NCBI GenBank assembly: GCA_964423265.1
Contig: CAYREF010000006.1
Coordinates: forward strand, 1 to 55,442
From: an uncultured Actinomycetota bacterium
Lineage (GTDB): Bacteria; Actinomycetota; Humimicrobiia; Humimicrobiales; Humimicrobiaceae
Length of the DNA: 55,442 bases
Direction: 5' to 3'
Part shown: positions 53,570 through 55,442 of the stretch, piece after piece
Layout of the letters: each line of letters opens with the position of its first letter
How positions within the stretch are numbered: the stretch's first letter is position 1
Translations under genes and position numbers: made by a program
The notes under the pieces: model-generated
Database searches by the model: none
Seen by the model: only the letters and a program-made list of their open reading frames with translations
What the model was told of the DNA's origin: nothing

Positions 53570-55442
53570 ATGATTGATGGCAAAGAATGTAAATATAATC
53601 TTTTAGAGGTTTTAGATTTAATCAATCAGCTTCTAATCCATGAAGATGATATCAATTATATATTTACGGAAATTACCAGCATTCTGGATAAAAGTTTTTT
53701 ATCAGATTATTCTTGCATCCTTGCTAGTAGTAATGGCAGGCCGAAGAGAAAAATTTATAGCCGCAGGGATACTAGTGAAGATTTTAAAAAGTTTCTAAAC
53801 TTACTGGTCTCAAGATGTGAGCTTGGCAAGGATGTCTGCACACTAGAGGATTTAGGCAACAGTGGAATTAATGCAAAAATTAAGGGTTATGGCTATAAAT
53901 CCATTTCCATCTTTTCTTTTACTTATCTAGGTAGCAGAGCATCCCTATTTCTTTTTTCCTGCAGGAAAAAAGAATTCTCCAATAAAACTATAAGCAGATT
54001 GTCAGGCTTGGCAAGGAATTTGGAAAAGGTGGCAGCCCGGCTAGAGAAAATCAAGGGAGGGATGTGTCTAGAAAAATTCCAGAAGTTATTGGATGAATTA
54101 TGTCCGCCTCCAGTTAATAATTTGGAAAATACTTTCGGGGATAGCCTGAGGAAAGTGAAAGAGCTCCTACCGGTAAAAGAGGTTGGTCTGAAACTGTTGC
54201 CTGAAAGCGAGAAGTTTCTAAAACCCTTCAGCATAGGCAGAAAAGAGTTTGCCTCTACTATAAGTGATTATAGCTATATAAGTTCTGGCAACAAGGTAAA
54301 TATTGGTTCTCCCGCTTCTTCTGTATACCTTCCCTTAAAAAAATATGATGGTTGCCATTATGGGTATTTAGGGCTGGATTTCGATCCAGAGGTAAAGGGA
54401 GTAGATGAATATTTTACCCAGATTAATGTTTTAAAAAAACTGTATTCTAATTTATTAAGGTTTATGGAAATGGAATGCTTAAATGCCAGGGGCAGGGAGA
54501 AATATAAAAAGCTATTTGCTTTATCCCCGGTAGCAATGGTGGAGTTGGATTTCCCGGAAATAGAAAATTTTATTTGTATACAAAAAAGCAAAGAAGGAAA
54601 TGTAAACAACTTTACTGATTACAAAGAATTGGAAGCCAGGGAATTACTTAAAAAGATAAAAATCTTAAATATTAACCAGGAAGCACTTAAGCTGTGCGGG
54701 GCTGCGGCCAAAGGCAAGATTAAAAAGAACATAAGCCGGATATTGCTCCCAGATTTTTTATCAGTGTTTAAAAAACAAGTAATTGCTCTCGCTGGGGGCA
54801 AGGAAGCAGCAGTAGCTAATACAAAAATAAGGACATTGACAGGAAAGGAAAAGGAAGTTTACATAAAATTGTCAATTCTAGAAAAAGGTGAATATAATTT
54901 CACAGCCTTATTGTCTATTATTGAAACGGACAGCCAAAAAGTGCTTGGAAAAAATACTACCAAAAACGAAAGCTATTTAGGGGCAATTGAAGCCTTGTCA
55001 CTTATTATCAAAGTTAAAGATCCCTATACTGCAGGACACCAGAGAAGGGTGGCTAGGCTTTCTGTAGCACTGGCAAAAGAATTAAAATTAGAAGAAAATA
55101 AGATTAAGTCCATAAAAATTGCAGCATCAATTCATGATGTGGGTAAAATAAATATTCCTGCCTCTATATTATCAAAGCCTGGAAAGTTAACGGATATCGA
55201 GTATAACTTAATTAAGACCCACCCCAAACTTGGGAGCATAATATTAAAGAAAATAAATTTCCCCTGGCCTATTGACGAAATTGTGTTGCAGCATCATGAA
55301 AGGTTGAATGGTAGTGGGTATCCAAACGGCCTGGTAGGAGACGAGATATTGCCAGGTGCTAGGATAATAGCAGTAGCCGATGTTGTTGAAGCAATGTCTT
55401 CACATAGGCCCTATAGGGCAGCAAAGGGTATTGATGCAGCAT
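53570..55442 (+). CDS. Sensor HD-GYP domain protein (c-di-GMP phosphodiesterase family), 3' end truncated by the window edge
   Basis: The frame is open from the ATG at 53570 to the window end. It is absent from the track because no stop is reached. PAS-like 'KKLFALSPVAMVELD...N.EALKLCG'. HD-GYP core 'DPYTAGHQRRVA...ASIHDVGKI...HHERLNGSGYPNGL'. Confidence 0.8.
   Translation, partial: MIDGKECKYNLLEVLDLINQLLIHEDDINYIFTEITSILDKSFLSDYSCILASSNGRPKRKIYSRRDTSEDFKKFLNLLVSRCELGKDVCTLEDLGNSGINAKIKGYGYKSISIFSFTYLGSRASLFLFSCRKKEFSNKTISRLSGLARNLEKVAARLEKIKGGMCLEKFQKLLDELCPPPVNNLENTFGDSLRKVKELLPVKEVGLKLLPESEKFLKPFSIGRKEFASTISDYSYISSGNKVNIGSPASSVYLPLKKYDGCHYGYLGLDFDPEVKGVDEYFTQINVLKKLYSNLLRFMEMECLNARGREKYKKLFALSPVAMVELDFPEIENFICIQKSKEGNVNNFTDYKELEARELLKKIKILNINQEALKLCGAAAKGKIKKNISRILLPDFLSVFKKQVIALAGGKEAAVANTKIRTLTGKEKEVYIKLSILEKGEYNFTALLSIIETDSQKVLGKNTTKNESYLGAIEALSLIIKVKDPYTAGHQRRVARLSVALAKELKLEENKIKSIKIAASIHDVGKINIPASILSKPGKLTDIEYNLIKTHPKLGSIILKKINFPWPIDEIVLQHHERLNGSGYPNGLVGDEILPGARIIAVADVVEAMSSHRPYRAAKGIDAA

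Noticed and set aside
1-55442. Search for CRISPR arrays, tRNA/rRNA genes, IS elements, integrases, long direct or inverted repeats, and toxin-antitoxin pairs
   Set aside because: By eye I found no regularly spaced repeats, no tRNA-like GC-rich cloverleaf segments in any intergenic gap, and no transposase or integrase motifs. The only repeats seen are the two 12-nt micro-duplications and the protein-level paralogs reported above. A computational repeat scan would be needed to be certain.

Overview
An AT-rich chromosomal segment from an anaerobic bacterium, densely coding with about 60 genes. I found no rRNA, tRNA, CRISPR array, transposase, integrase or prophage.

Recognisable blocks, all called from motifs read by eye with no database search:
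- a hydantoinase/oxoprolinase pair (hyuAB)
- a PerR-type oxidative-stress operon: perR, peroxiredoxin, desulfoferrodoxin, ferritin, flavodiiron protein
- a complete apbE-rnfCDGEAB ion-translocating ferredoxin:NAD+ oxidoreductase operon
- a DNA-repair cluster: pcm, DUF763, polX, nth and a second, divergently transcribed polX
- a YhaO/YhaN-like (SbcD/SbcC-like) nuclease-ATPase pair
- several regulators (BlaI, LacI, TetR, NikR, XRE, ECF sigma) and c-di-GMP enzymes

The most interesting signal is an ORF missing from the supplied track. It is a 41-codon gene at 4539..4664 with a good Shine-Dalgarno and its own extended -10 element. It encodes a hydrophilic leader followed by an extremely Cys/Trp/Phe-rich tail, MCCWFWCWFGYAGRK. 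Its stop lies 3 nt before the start of a radical SAM/SPASM enzyme (4668..6026). That is the architecture of a RiPP precursor-maturase pair. A BlaI/sensor-less M56 protease pair sits upstream and a flavodoxin downstream.

Other notable items:
- a diguanylate cyclase fused to a B12-binding module that carries both CarH photoreceptor signature motifs (W-x9-EH and E-x-H-x-x-G)
- an ECF sigma gene broken by two homopolymer frameshifts beside an intact anti-sigma-like gene
- a hyuA gene whose conserved N-terminus has no ATG/GTG/TTG start
- a sulfite-oxidase-fold protein with an internally duplicated, apparently Cys-less Moco domain
- a Rad50/SbcC-like ATPase with a transmembrane hairpin where the zinc hook would be
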